From: Octopus vulgaris
Taxonomy: Eukaryota
Direction of reading: 5' to 3'
Assembly: GCA_951406725.2 (NCBI GenBank)
Contig: OX597815.1
Location: 150,970,001-151,034,000, forward strand
DNA: 64,000 bases
The position numbers and the translations under genes were made by a program. Below, piece by piece: positions 27,100 through 40,928 of this stretch. The number at the start of each line of letters is the position of its first letter. Position 1 is the first letter of the stretch. The notes under the pieces are model-generated. The model was not told where the DNA came from and ran no database searches. It worked only from the letters and a program-made list of their open reading frames with translations.

Positions 27100-27432
27100 T
27101 GAAGACGCATGGCTCAGTGGTTAGAGCGTCGGGATTACAATCCATGAGTTTGTGATTTCGATCCTGGGATCTGGCTGTACTTTGTGTTCATGAGCAAGAC
27201 ACTTTCTTTTATTTTGCTCCAATTCATTCAGCTGTAGAAATGAGATGTGACGTCACTGGGCCCAAACTGTATCGGCCTTTACCTTTTCCTTGGACAGCAT
27301 CAGTGGCGTAGATACAGGAGGCTGGTATGTATGAGCGACTACTGGTCTTCCATAAACAAACTTGCTCAGACTTGTGCTTCGTGGTGGGGGCCATTTTCCA
27401 GGTGCAATATCATGGTCATTTAGGACCGGAGA
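27100..27432 (+). mobile_element. tRNA-derived SINE family 4
   Basis: A box tggctcagtgg, B-box-like ttcgatcc, tgagcaagacactt core. Related copies at 33932-34280 (-), 35512-35740, 31659-31925 and 44497-44670. Confidence 0.75.
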
Positions 27433-27569
27433 AAGTCTTACCTTACTGTTACCTGACCTCATAAGATTTGCTACGCGAGTAAGTATTTAAGTAACATTAT
27501 TTAGCTTCTAGAATTCATTCTTTCAAACATAATAGCATCTATTTACTTTTGAAATGACTGTGTGTATAT

Positions 27570-27610
<41 letters not shown>

Positions 27611-27622
27611 TACATACATACA

Positions 27623-27655
<33 letters not shown>

Positions 27656-27668
27656 CTTTATACACACA

Positions 27669-27708
<40 letters not shown>

Positions 27709-27994
27709 ATAAGTGTATTCGTAAACACATAAATATAAATTCATATACATCTATATTTATAGATATGTATGTATATTTATGAATATATAAGAATATATGA
27801 AAATGTTACGCACGCTTGTTTTTTATATTCTGGAGGCATTTATATATTTGTATGCGTGCCTCGTATTTAAGCAGATACTTTTAAATACATACATACATAC
27901 ATACATATATATTTTTTTATGCGTATATATTACATTGATATATATACACTTACATATGTATGTACACACACACTTGTTTGTGTATATGTGTAGC

Positions 27995-28075
<81 letters not shown>

Positions 28076-28838
28076 ACGCAAATTTCCGCCAGAAAAATCT
28101 TTATATAGATTTCATTTCCTTTGTTGACGAAAACATGGGTAGATTTTTATTGTTAAGATGTTCTAAGATGAAGTGATAATATCATAATAAATCTACATCT
28201 TTAACCACCTCACTGCTTTCGTTGATCTAACCGATAAAAACGATTTCGCCTCTAGTACGAGGAATCATATAAATAAAATAATTATACTTTAACTGAACTT
28301 AAACTAAACTATCAATGATTAAAGGAGGATTTAACCAAGACAATTTCCGCATGGAATCACATGAAATTTCAAGCTTCAATGCAAATCAATAAAGATGAAC
28401 GTATTTCCGTCTTTGTGGTCGATTAAAATTAAAACATGGCGGGCGAGAGAAAGAGCGTATGGTTTATCTTAGCGGTGAAACATCTAAAATTGAGATCATT
28501 TGGTTTTGTCGGGTTTTTTCTCTAAACACTTAATATCTATTAAGAGTTAATAACTCTATGGTTGAGAAAATGGACGAACATTCCGTTTGGTACCAGGTTC
28601 GATCCTGCATTGTTGCACCTTGGCATTTATCGCTTCTACCGTTGTCTTATACTGACGGACATTTTGTTATGAATGTAACTTGGCAGAAACAGTATGAGTA
28701 TCAAAGTCTATTTGCTACGATTTCATATAAGTATAAACAATAATGGTTAAAACTAGTAATTATAAATAAACTATAATAGCTAAAGTAACATTATATATAT
28801 ATGATATAATGTATATTTATCTATCAATCTTTCTCTCC

Positions 28839-28872
<34 letters not shown>

Positions 28873-28940
28873 ACACACATATATATATATATGTGTGTGT
28901 GTGTGTATCACACATATATGTGTGTGTGTGTGTATCACAC

Positions 28941-28994
<54 letters not shown>

Positions 28995-29019
28995 ATCACA
29001 TTTTAACAGATATATTTAC

Positions 29020-30128
29020 CAAAATTGCATAAAAATATCTTGAAATACTAGAGTAAATTTATTCAATAAAATCGCCATTGGCTTCAACCACGGCCTCCAG
29101 AGACTTCAGAATCTCCTGCAACTCTTCTTAACAGCCTCCTTGAGTTGATGAATGCTGCTATAATCCTTGCTTTCAGTTCATCTTTGGTGTTACAAAGAGT
29201 TTTGTTGATCTCTCGCTCAACTCCACACCGCACATAATAATCAAGGGGGTTGCAGTCTGGTGAGTTAGGTGGCTAAACGTTAGGGGTGATGTGGTCGTGG
29301 AAAATGTCTGACAGCCATGATTGGGTTCTCCTGTTTGTGTGGCATGATGCAGAGTCCTGTTGCCAGACATAGGGTCTTCTAGTAGACACGCTCGACCTGG
29401 GACAGCACTGCCTCCTCCAGGCAGAGGGAATATGAACGGAGGCATAACGTCGCCATCACTAGTGATCACTCCAAACACTCATGATGTTGCTGGATGTTTG
29501 ATTTTTATCACTCTCGGTACAAATTTTTCTCGTATGAGAAAAACTAAAGCATGTTCGGTTGGAGGAGATGCTTGAGTTTGTTCAAAAGCTAAGCTTTATA
29601 GCACGGTCTTTCCTCTTGTCCTTGATGGTTTGGGATAAAAATTGGCCCTTTCGCATCTTGTATGAGGAATACCGAATGTCTTCATGTACTACCTGCCTCA
29701 TAAGAGACTAAGACACTCCCATGTCCTCGGTGATGGACCTGATTGACTTGGAGGGATTGTCATCAATCATAGCCTGGATTTCACCCTCAAATTCAAGAGT
29801 TCTTTTCTTATCAGAACGTTCAGATTGAGTTTTCTGAGCTGCCGTACCTTCGTAATCACCATTAGACTCGTCCAACTCAATCCGAATCCTCTGCACTGGC
29901 CTCAGATTGACACTCAAAAGCTCTGAAATGTTCGTATTGGAGCTTGCAGCAGTACAGCATGTCGCTTCCAAATTTCTAGCAGAGTGAATTGCGTCATGGA
30001 GTTGTTTTTTATCACAGACGGTGCCCAACTAACCCTACAATACTGTATAGTCGAGAAAATCAAAAACAATGCGCATGCACGAGATTAAAAATATAAAATG
30101 GAGATAATTTAACAATCGCACCGTGTAT
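29020..30128 (-). pseudogene. Decayed maT (DD37D) Tc1/mariner transposon
   Basis: Minus frame VWQQD-x37-D (..NV*PPNSPDCNPLDYYV) and VFGVITSDGDVMPPFIFP. TIR-like end tacacggtgcgattgttaaattatctcc. Confidence 0.85.
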
Positions 30129-30466
30129 ATATACACACGCGTGTGTATGTGCGTGTGTGTGTTTGTGTGTGTGTTTGTGTGTGTGTTTGTGCGTGTGTGT
30201 GTGTGTATGTGTGTGTGTGTGTGTTGTGTGTGTATGTGTACATGTGGTATGCATGTGTGTGTGTGTGTAGATATAGATTATTGATATTTAATACGTCTGC
30301 ATCTATATGAGCACATAAATTATAGTTAGCTGTTTCTGGGATTTTCAAGACTTGCATCCATTGATTCCATCTTCTGTGACAGTACGTAGATATATCTATC
30401 TTAATTATTTGATAAGATTTTATATAGGTATACCCATACAGCACCTGATATTTTGCTTTCTTTGAT

Positions 30467-30525
<59 letters not shown>

Positions 30526-32494
30526 ATGTATGTATGTATGTATAAATGCATACATATCGTTTTTATTTCCTTCTTTTATGCGTATTCATATCTGAATGTG
30601 CTCAGAATAATTCATTTTATTTTTCACACACAATTTATGTATATTCTTTCTTTCTTTCTTTCCACTGCGACTATCAATCTTGAAACTTGGTTTCAAAAAC
30701 ATTTCATTCAAACTCAAACGTTGACGACAGACACAGAAATTGTCTGCCATATCTCTTGATTATTGGTTTCATACTGAACGAGAAATATCATTTCTCATTT
30801 ATCATCGATGTATTATATATCAGCACTCTCAATCTTCTAAAGGATTGGCCGGGATCAAAACAGTATTAAAATGGCGGCTGTGAACTTCGTTGTTGGTCAA
30901 GTGTTGTAGCATCTACATGAGAGGGAAAGGGAAAAAGAAACCAATCCTTTGGTAAAGCGTTGCGGATTAGATGAGCAACCGATTAATTTTTCTTTCCACG
31001 TGAATGGCCTCTTTAGAGGCGAAGATAAGAACTGTCTAGTGCTATAAAGTAAAAACGCTATAATCAGGAGAGATCTTTCCATTCGTTCATTGCCGAGTCC
31101 ATTCTAGAATGAGGGGGAAGTGGTAATAGTATGTAGAATAGTATTGTTAATGCTGTTAATATGGTAGAAATGCAGAGAAGTTCATTTCAGCGCCGTAAAT
31201 CAATGAAAAACCAGTTAGTTTTGTGTATATGTTTTTTGAAAGTGATGAGTTTTTGAATGCTGCTTTTTGCATTGAACTGTGGTCCATATTACATCGTTAT
31301 TTATTTGTACATGTGTGAAAAATGCCATTGCACCACTGAGTTTTAATTAAAGTGGTTCTGAATATAGCGCAACCATTTTAAATGCATACAAAATTCTGAA
31401 TCTTTCTACCGCTTCTTCAGAATCCTGTTGAATCAGCTTGTAAGATTTCGAAATTAGATAGATCACCTTCGATTTTTAGTTATTGGGTATAAAATGTTTT
31501 GGTTTAGCTGTTTTGGCGTCGCTGATTCGGTGCTGACTTATTTGACATCAGACCTCGTTTTAATGTTTCTTTTGTTTTAATATTTCTCTCGATCTCACCC
31601 AGTCTCTAACTCTCATTTTTTTATGTCTGTGAGTATCTAGTTATGTTTGTATGTAGTGAAGGTGCGTGGCTCACCTTAGAGTATTCGGCTCACGATCGGG
31701 GGATCATGAGATCGATTCCCGGAGGCGCTTTGTGTCTTTTAGCAAGACACCTTATTTTACGTTGCTCCAGTTCAGTCAACTGGCAAAAATGTGTAGTATG
31801 AGCACCTGTATTTCAAAGGGCCTGCTTTATCACATTCTGTTTTACGCTGAGAACTACGTTAAGGGCACGAACATTTGTGTGGTGCTCATTCACTTGCCTG
31901 TTAAATAACACGAGCAGGTTGTTCTGTACTAGTTTCTTTTATGTTTGTGTATATATGTAATATTTTCTCTCTGCTATTTATTTATCTATTTGCGTGGGCA
32001 TATTTCCATGCGTGAATGTGTGTGAGCAAACACCCTCCAGTGCCAAAACGTAACGTCCCTAAATAAGTTGAAAGTCCAGTCGGCCGTGTTAAACCGTCAG
32101 CGTGCAAACTGCAACTGCGCCACATCATCTTATTCCGACAGATTTTGATAGTTGAAACAATGGTATTTCCCTATGTAGAATACACTGAAGTGGATGTCCC
32201 ATATTTTCACATACTAATAGATAAGTGCGAATTTCCTTTCCAAATAAATGGGACTTTTGTCAATTATAGAATACCCAAGCTGATTGCATGTGTATGATTC
32301 AATGACATTTATTGAAGATGCATCACCAGGTGGACTGACAGCATCAAGCATGAAGATAATATCAGTTAAATCTTGTTTGTTTATGATTATGATAATCCAT
32401 GTTGAGACCATCACAGAATTAATTTCTTGTCTTTTTGTTGTTCTTTTTTGTTTTTGTATTTTTCATAACGAACTCAGAAAATAGATTATGTATT

Positions 32495-32671
32495 GGCGCA
32501 GGGGTGGCTGTATGGTAAGAAGCTTACTTCCAAACCACATGGTTCCGGGTTCAATCCTTTGGGAAAGCGTCTTCTGCTATAGCCTTGTGAGTGTATTTGG
32601 TAGACGGAAATTGAAGGAAGCCTGTCGAAGATATAGATAGATAGATAGATAGATAGAAACACATATATATA

Positions 32672-32738
<67 letters not shown>

Positions 32739-33030
32739 TACATATATATATAAATATATATATATGAATATATATATACATATATATGCACGCGTGTGTG
32801 TATATGCTTGTGTGTCTTTGTCTGTGTTTCTCCCCTCCCCACAACCGCATGACAACCGGTGTTGGTGCATTCATTTCCCCGTGACATCATGGTTCGGTAA
32901 ACGGAACCAATAAAGTGAGTACCAGGCTTTAAAAACATAAGTAATGGGGGTGGCGATTCATTGCACTTAAAAATCCTTCAGGGCGGTGCCCCTGCATGGC
33001 CGCAGTCTAATGATTGAAACAAGTAAAAGA
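32495..33030 (+). mobile_element. SINE family 2 with an expanded internal microsatellite
   Basis: Head ggcgcaggggtggctgtatggtaag, tail ggcggtgcccctgcatggccgcagtc. Confidence 0.8.
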
Positions 33031-33042
33031 TATCTGAATATT

Positions 33043-33473
33043 CTTTTCTACTCTAGGCACAAAGCCCGAAATCTTGGGAAAAGAGGGCAGTCGATTAGAT
33101 CGACCCAGAACGCAACTGGTACTTAATTTATCGGCCCCGAAAGGATGCCAGGCAAAGCCAACCTCAGCGGAATTTGAACTCAGGACGTTAAGACGGACGA
33201 AATACCGCTAAGCATTTCGCCCGGCATGCTAACGTTTCTTATTTCTTTATTGCCCACAAGGGGCTAAACATAGAGGAGACAAACAAGGACAGACAAAGGG
33301 ATTAAGTCGATTACATCGACCCCAGTGCGGGACTGGTACTGAATTTATCGACCCCGAAAGGATGAAAGGCAAAGTCGACCTCGGCGGAATTTGAACTCTG
33401 AATGTAACGGCAGACGAAATACCGCTAAGCATTTCGCCCATCGTGCTAACGTTTCTGCCAGCTCGCCTCCTTT
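33043..33473 (-). mobile_element. SINE family 1 dimer with TSD
   Basis: Two units flanked by a duplicated aagatatctgaatatt. Confidence 0.85.
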
Positions 33474-33931
33474 AAGATATCTGAATATTGATGTTAACAT
33501 GACTGCAGATAAGGAATAACTTTCATAGTTTTAATTCATGAAGTTAGATACATTGAGCATTGAAGAGTAAGGGAATGCGATCTAAGACTCAGAATAAATT
33601 AAGCTCAGTCATAAAAAGAACTGACAATACCGTTTACCATTTTAATGCTACCCCTCCTAAACAGGTAGAAGAGAGGGGAGTTGTCTATTTTGTGTATGAA
33701 ACTGCTAAAGCAGAGGCGCGGGGCATAAATTTATACATTTATACATATCACTGAGAAAGAAATATGAATGTAATCAAATCTTTCTATGCAATTGACGTAA
33801 AGAAAAAAATAGATGTGGTTGTCACCTGAACAGGCCGTTTCGCAGTTTGTTAACCGCACCTCAGAAAAAGACGTGACCAGCGTCTTTCCCAATCAACAGC
33901 ATCGAGCATTCACCAGATATATATATATGCT

Positions 33932-34280
33932 GAGACCCCCCCTTCGGTCATGACTGACCATGGGATTGCACCTAGAAAGTTACCCTCCCAGACACAAGTC
34001 CGGGCAAGGACCAGCAGTCGCCCATGGAAGACCAACAGTCGCCCATGTATACCAGCCTTCCCTCACCACGCCACGCCACCAGTGTTATCCAAGGGAAAGG
34101 CAAAGGCCGATACAGCTTGGCACCTGTGACATCGCAACTCATTTCTACAGCTGAGTGGACTGGAGCAACGTGAAATAAGGTGTTTTGCTCAAGAACACAA
34201 CACGCAGCCCGGTCCAGGATTCGAACTCACAACTTCACGATCGTAAGCTCGACGCTTTAACCACTGAGCCATGCTCTTTC
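33932..34280 (-). mobile_element. SINE family 4
   Basis: Minus head gcatggctcagtggttaaagcgtcgagcttacgatcgtgaagttgtgagttcgaatcc. Confidence 0.8.
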
Positions 34281-34281
34281 A

Positions 34282-34395
<114 letters not shown>

Positions 34396-34427
34396 TATAT
34401 ATATATATATATGTATATTTATAATCA

Positions 34428-34624
34428 TAGCCACTTTAACATGGCTATCCTTTCGAGCAGACTCTACTGCGATTTTTTAATCCCCAAGAGGACACCTCCT
34501 CTAGCTGCATCCAATAGAATGCATCGGACGCAGCTGTGCATCGTTAACCAGCTAGAAGAGATGTCCTCTTGGGGTTAAAAAATCGCAGTATCTGCTCGAA
34601 CGAACAACCATGTTAAAGTGGCTA
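34428..34624. repeat. ~200-bp hairpin/MITE with ~80-bp inverted arms
   Basis: tagccactttaacatgg..ctgcgattttttaatccccaagaggaca..ctagctg versus cagctag..tgtcctcttggggttaaaaaatcgcag..ccatgttaaagtggcta. Confidence 0.8.
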
Positions 34625-35316
34625 CGAATATTACTTGTGAATACAACTACAGCGTTATCTTAGAGAGAATTTAGAACTAACATTTTTGCTTATATATATA
34701 TATGAGTATGTGTGCTTGTGGTACTATTTTTTCGAGCCCAGTGATCAACTGGTACTTATTTTATCAACCCTGAAAGAATATATGTCAAGTAGACCACAGC
34801 GACATTTGAACTCAGAACGTAAAGCCAGAAGAAATGCTGCCAACCATTATGACCGGCGTACTAACGATTCTGCCAGCTCGCCGCCCTGGATAAACCTAAA
34901 ATAAATAAGTTTTAGAGAAATTGGTTTCACTAAACCATTCAACAAGCTTTCTAAGTGATATTTAGATGACTTATTTTAAGCCATCAAAACAATGCATTTA
35001 AATATTGTAGAAATATTAGTTTCATCAGAAGCAGGTGAAAAACTTCGAAGGAGCTTCCGGTATTAGTAAGTTGATACGAGTTTAGAAATTCTCAGACTAT
35101 TTTCTTCGTGTTGAGTATCTAATTAACAAGATTTAGAAGATAAAATAACTCTCGTTATATGAATGATTCTTAATATTCTTCTTGTATTTCGTCTTTACTT
35201 TTCCCGATAAAGATACTAAACTAAGGCATCACTTGTCTTTGGCAAGAAATAACAAACCAAGAAAACCTGACAGTTCTTCACAAACAGATAACTGATTACC
35301 ATGTCACTACTACACA

Positions 35317-35370
<54 letters not shown>

Positions 35371-35738
35371 GCTGTGTTTTTACTGAGATCCCCCTTTTAG
35401 TAGAAGGAATAGCTATATCTCTTTGACTGCTATTTCTAAATTCGGTGTGTTGGTGAGGCAATTCGTTGCTAAACCCTTAATTACCTATATATATATATAT
35501 ATATATATAAGTGGAAGCGCGTGGCTTAGTGGTTAGGGTGTCAACATCATGATCTTAAGATTGTGGTTTCGATTCCTGGACCGGGTGACGCGTTGTGTTC
35601 TTAAGCAAAACACTTCATTTCACGTTGCTCCAGTCCACTCAGCTGGCAAAAATGAGTAACGCTGCGATGGACTGGCGTCCCGTTCAGCTAGGGAACACAT
35701 ACGCTATTGAAACCGGGAAACCGGGTCCATGAGCCTGG

Positions 35739-35829
<91 letters not shown>

Positions 35830-35832
<3 letters not shown>

Positions 35833-36029
35833 GAGGTCTGATCAATAAGTATGCGGACTGTTGCCATAGTAACGAAGCTAAAGCACGCAGAGTGGTTTTG
35901 AAATCTACTGTGTTTTAACGTTCTAGCTCACTTCCATTATTTACAGCAGTGCTTGTAAGGAAGGTGTGTAGCGTGTGAGATCGTCGCATTTCAAGGTCAA
36001 TCTATGCCAATCTTTGTCAATCAGACCAC

Positions 36030-36032
<3 letters not shown>
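35830..36032. mobile_element. Mariner-derived MITE in (TA)n
   Basis: Ends acgaggtctgatcaataag / ctttgtcaatcagaccacgt form imperfect mariner-type TIRs. Confidence 0.55.
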
Positions 36033-36101
<69 letters not shown>

Positions 36102-36103
<2 letters not shown>

Positions 36104-36406
36104 AGGCGCAATGGCCCAGTGGTTAGGGCAGCGGACTCGCGGTCGTAGGCTCGCAGTTTCGATTCCCAGACCGGGCGTTGTGAGTGTTTATTGAGCGACA
36201 ACACCTAAAGCTCCACGATGCTCCGGCAGGGGGGGCGATCCCTACTGTACTCTTTCGCCACAACTTTCTCTCTCTCTTTCTTCTGTTAGCCTGCTCGCTT
36301 AGCCAGCGGGGTAACGTCATTTGAAAGCTAAAACAATGCGAAGCGCATTGTGACCAGCGATGTGTAGCAACATTTGATAGCCTGGTCGGTGACGGTGACG
36401 GTGACG

Positions 36407-36411
<5 letters not shown>
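36102..36411 (+). mobile_element. SINE family 3, full length with (GGTGAC)n tail
   Basis: A box tggcccagtgg, B box gtttcgattcc, inserted in (TA)n. Confidence 0.85.
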
Positions 36412-36445
<34 letters not shown>

Positions 36446-36983
36446 GAGCAAAAACGAAATAGAGGACAATAAAACATCCGGAGAAATAGCCGATACAAAG
36501 GCGGGCAGGGAAAACAACAAATAGAGGGACTGGATGGGTCATTCGTGGCCTTCTTTCATCAGTCAAGTTTCGACATTGTCCTTACAGTTTCGGAAATTTA
36601 CACTTGAGACAGTTCAAATTTGGTTGCCCCTCATCTAAGACCATTAGATTCTTTGTAAGAAAGCAAGCGAATGTGTGCGAAAGCAAAGACAAAACACGGA
36701 GAAAATATTACACAATTACAAATACAAGCAACAATAATATAATAACAGGTGTCTTTCGACTAATGAGAACAAATCAAATTGGGCTGGCGTGTCTGGAGTG
36801 AAAGCTTAGAGGCAGGAACATAGGAGATGGACATAAGAGATGTTGGTGGTCGGCAGTCAAGCCAAGAAAGATCATGGCTGGCCGAAAACCGGTCACGTGG
36901 AAGGAGGAGAGAGGTGTGGGGGACGGGGGGATTGAAGGATTAGTGGAAGAACGGGAAAGAAAGAAAAAATCAAAAGGATTTTT

Positions 36984-37043
<60 letters not shown>

Positions 37044-37430
37044 CATGCGAGTGTGTGTTTTACAAAATTGATCGAATGTCAATGTAACTTGTAACTATGA
37101 ATAATGACGTATAATATAGCGGGTAAAATTTTTTATAATAAACCCTGAATGCGGAAAAAAAAACAAGAGCAGTCAGCAACGGAATTCGAATCAAGCATCT
37201 GCCGGGTGATGAAATTCCGTGATTCCTTTACACCAAAGTTACTCACCTTCTAGACTATAATTTTTTACACTTACGAAAAATATGAAAGTACATTACTTTT
37301 ACGAATGCGAACGTAGTTAATCTACAATCAAAACCATGCTGTGTATATGTAAATATGTCATATACACACAATTCCACACGCGCAAAATATGTGCAACAGT
37401 TATTCCGTAGACGTTTTCTGTTTTCTCTCC

Positions 37431-37475
37431 TCGTTCCTTTCTGTAGAAGAGCGTAGGCTCGAAACGTCAAAGACT
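37431..37475 (+). ncRNA. Hammerhead-like motif (CUGUAGA core variant) in a PLE-type repeat
   Basis: ccttt-CTGTAGA-a-gagc gtag gctc-GAAAC-GTC-aaag. Second copy at 52876-52920 has CTGTTGA and GTA. Confidence 0.5.
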
Positions 37476-37573
37476 TCTTACATTTTTCCTAAGCGTCAAA
37501 CTAATACAGCTTGTTTGTTATACTCTTTCATGTCTCTGTCTCTTGTCTTTCGTTTTTTGTATAATTTTGAACC

Positions 37574-37637
<64 letters not shown>

Positions 37638-37667
37638 TTGTGTGTGTGCGTGTGATTGTGTGTGTGT

Positions 37668-37887
37668 ATTCTTTTATTCTTTTACTTGTTTTAGTCATTT
37701 GACTGCGGCCGTGCAGGTGCACCGCTTTCAGTCGAACAAATCGACCCCAGGGATATTCTTTGTAAGTCTAGTATTTATTCCATAGGTTCTCTTTTGCCGA
37801 ACCGCTAAATTACGAGGAAGTAAACACACCAACAACGCTTGTCAAGTGATGGGGGAGGTACAAACACAAACACAAATACACACACAC

Positions 37888-37956
<69 letters not shown>

Positions 37957-38114
37957 GCTTCTTTCAGTCTCCGTCTACCAAATCCACTCACAAGGTTATG
38001 GTCGGCTCGAGGCTATAGTAAAAGAGACTTGCCCAAGGTGCCACGCAGTGGGACTGAACCCGGAACCATGTTGTTGGGAAGCAAGCCTCTTTCTACACAC
38101 CCACTCCTGCGCCT
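37668..38114 (-). mobile_element. SINE family 2
   Basis: Full head-to-tail match with internal (TA)n. Confidence 0.8.
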
Positions 38115-38123
38115 ATATGTGTA

Positions 38124-38173
<50 letters not shown>

Positions 38174-38827
38174 CAGAGAGAGACAGAGAGAGAGAGAGAC
38201 AGACAGACAGATAGACAGACAGACAGACAGACAAAGAAAGAGGGAGAGAAATGTATGGTTAAGGAGTTCAGTTTTCAACCACGTAGTCAAGGGTTCGATT
38301 CCGCTGCGTTTGAACTTTGGGAAAGTTTCAAGTTGATTCATATTTGGTAAATGGAAATGCATGAAAAAAAGAGGAAACTGCATGGAAGCCCAACGAGTGC
38401 ATTCTAATTGTACTTTTTCAAAAGGTACATCGTTTTCACACGAAGTATCACATTGAATCTGAGTTTGAATTACAGTGGAATATTCAGCCACATACACGTT
38501 AATTCAAGAGTAGATAATTCAATTGATGAAACCACAGAATTATCTACTCTTGATACAGAGCTATACATTGTAAATTACAAATACAAACCAGCCTACGATC
38601 TTCTATACAATTTTTGTCTACACAAATTCACTCACAAAATGTAAGTCGACCAAAGGTTATAGAAAATTACATCTGCCCAAGATACCGCCATACAGCGGGG
38701 TCGAATCCTGGCAATCGCAGTTACAGGACGAAGTTAAAGGTTCCACCATGCTACTCCACTACTCATGCAATATTCATAGTATACATAAAATGCATGCGTA
38801 TTATAGATGTGAGTCTATGAATGGATT

Positions 38828-38862
<35 letters not shown>

Positions 38863-39016
38863 TTCACTACCCATGTTTCACTACCACAAAGAGAGAAGAG
38901 CAAAGACTGGTAACGGCTCAAAGAGCCATGGAAAAGTCAATACTTGGTATCTCGTTGAGAGAGCACATAAGTAGCAAGATCATGCATATTATAGATGTGA
39001 GTCTATGAATGGATTT

Positions 39017-40447
39017 TGATTGATTGATTGATTGATTGATTCTAGTTTCAGCTTATGAGCTGTGGCCATGCTGGGGCACCGCCATTTGGTGTTGCTACTT
39101 GGTTTCACTTCATGGGGGCTTTCTAGCAACTGCTATTTGGTGCATGAGAGAGTTCGATGCAGCTGCCCTCATCTGCCCCTCCTGCCGTGAAGTTGGTTCA
39201 TCTGGGACACCTGACAGGAAGAGATCCAGCTTCATTTTAAAGACATCTGTATCCACCCCATGCAGGTCTCTCAGGTTCTTCGGGAGGATATTGAAGAGCT
39301 GTGGGCCTCAGAAGCCCAGGCTATCACAGAATCTTGTCCTACATCTTGATGGCAGGTTTGGAGTCCTAGGCACCACGCAGTGGAGCCCAGTTCTGGCATT
39401 TGCGTAACTCTCGATGCCAAAGTTCAGGACACTTCCCTCCAGGATCTTCCAGATGTATATTATGGCATATCTTTCCCGCCTACGCTCCAGGGAATATAAT
39501 TTTAATCTCTTGAGTCTTTCCCAGTAGCTTACATTCTGCATAGAGGCTATCTTCTTCGTGTAGCTTCGTTGGATCGCCTCAAGTTCTGTGATCAACTTGA
39601 CACTGGATGGTGACCATAGCTGAGAGCAATAGTCAAAGTGGCTTAGGACAAGTGTCTTCCAGAGGACCATCATGGTTTATTGTTCTCTTGTTCTAAAGGT
39701 TCTAAGAATCCAGCCAGCCAGCCGTCTACATTTCATTGTCAGTTTAGCAACATGTACATGAAAGGTCGCGTCATCACTCATGTGAATACCCAGGTCACGC
39801 ACTGATTGTGCCTCTGGGATTGCAATCCCTCCGGGTCCAGTGTATTCATTGGGTATTGCATTCAGTTTTGCATGCTGATAGTATAAAGCTTGAAACTTTC
39901 CAGCATTGAACTGCATGCTATTCTTTTCAGCCCACTTGTATATTTCGTCCAGCTCACATTGCAGGTGTTTAGTGTCCTCAGGGTTCTGTATTGCCTGTGA
40001 AACTTTTGTATCATCTGCATAACTTGTGATCGTGGCTCTCTGCGTGGCTGAGGGTATGTCTGAGAGGGCCATTATGAACAGTAGTGGTCCCAGAACAGTG
40101 CCCTGCGGAACACCGCTCACTATTTGTGTGTTAATGGAGGTGGCCCCATTGGCTACTACCACCTGACTTCTATCCTTCAGAAAGTCATGAAGCCATTCTC
40201 CCAGTTTTCCAACTATGTTGAGATCACGCAGTTTGTGACATATCATTCCATGATCGACTTTATCAAAGGCCTTTGCAAAGTCGAGATATATCACTTCCAC
40301 ATTTGAGTGGTTGAGCAGCCGTTTCAGCACCCAGTCATAGTGTTGTAGGAGCTGAGTTAAACAGCTTCTCCCTGGTCGGAAACCATGTTGGGTGTCGGGC
40401 AGCAAGTCATTCTCTTCAAGGAAGGTGATCAGCTTCCTTCTGACTAT
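39017..40447 (-). mobile_element. 5'-truncated CR1-group LINE (RT and 3' end with (AATC)n tail)
   Basis: QHGFRPGRSCLTQLL, YLDFAKAFDKVDH, SGVPQGTVLGPLLF, YADDTKV, YCSQLWSP, SYWERLKRLKLYSLERRRER. One frameshift near 39675. Confidence 0.9.
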
Positions 40448-40454
40448 TCAGATT

Positions 40455-40503
<49 letters not shown>

Positions 40504-40509
40504 CATTAC

Positions 40510-40928
40510 CTATGTTTCACTACCACAAAGGGAGAAGAGCAAAGACTGGTAACGGCTCAAAGAGTCATGGAAAGGTCAATGCTTGGTATCTCGTTGAGAG
40601 AGCACATAAGTAGCAAGATCATCAGAAAGAAGTCCGGCGTGAGAGATGTCATCGCAGAGTATACACGCAGCAAGTATAGATGGGCTGGACACGTCGCCCG
40701 GCTCACCGATAATCGGTGGACGCACGCAGTTGTCGAGTGGTACCCGCGTGAGCGGAAAAGACCACCCGGAAGACCTCCACGACGGTGGAGTTACGATTTC
40801 AGGAGGACGATTGGGATAACGTGGATGAGAAAGGCGCGATCCAGAGAGGAGTGGACAGCGTGCTGTGACCAGCGGTGTCAAATGGACGCCTGACGGACTG
40901 GTCGGTTAAGGTGATCAAGGTGATCAAG

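Noticed and set aside
30860-31082. aaaatggcgg (YY1-like) motif and a 61-aa ORF
   Set aside because: The motif is isolated, and the peptide only weakly recalls a decayed LINE C-terminus. Support is insufficient.
32214-32484. Two overlapping 66-aa ORFs in unique sequence
   Set aside because: No domain motif or convincing splice sites.
36102-36176. tRNA gene
   Set aside because: It is a tRNA-like SINE head followed by SINE body and tail, with no complete cloverleaf evident. The same applies to the other SINE heads.
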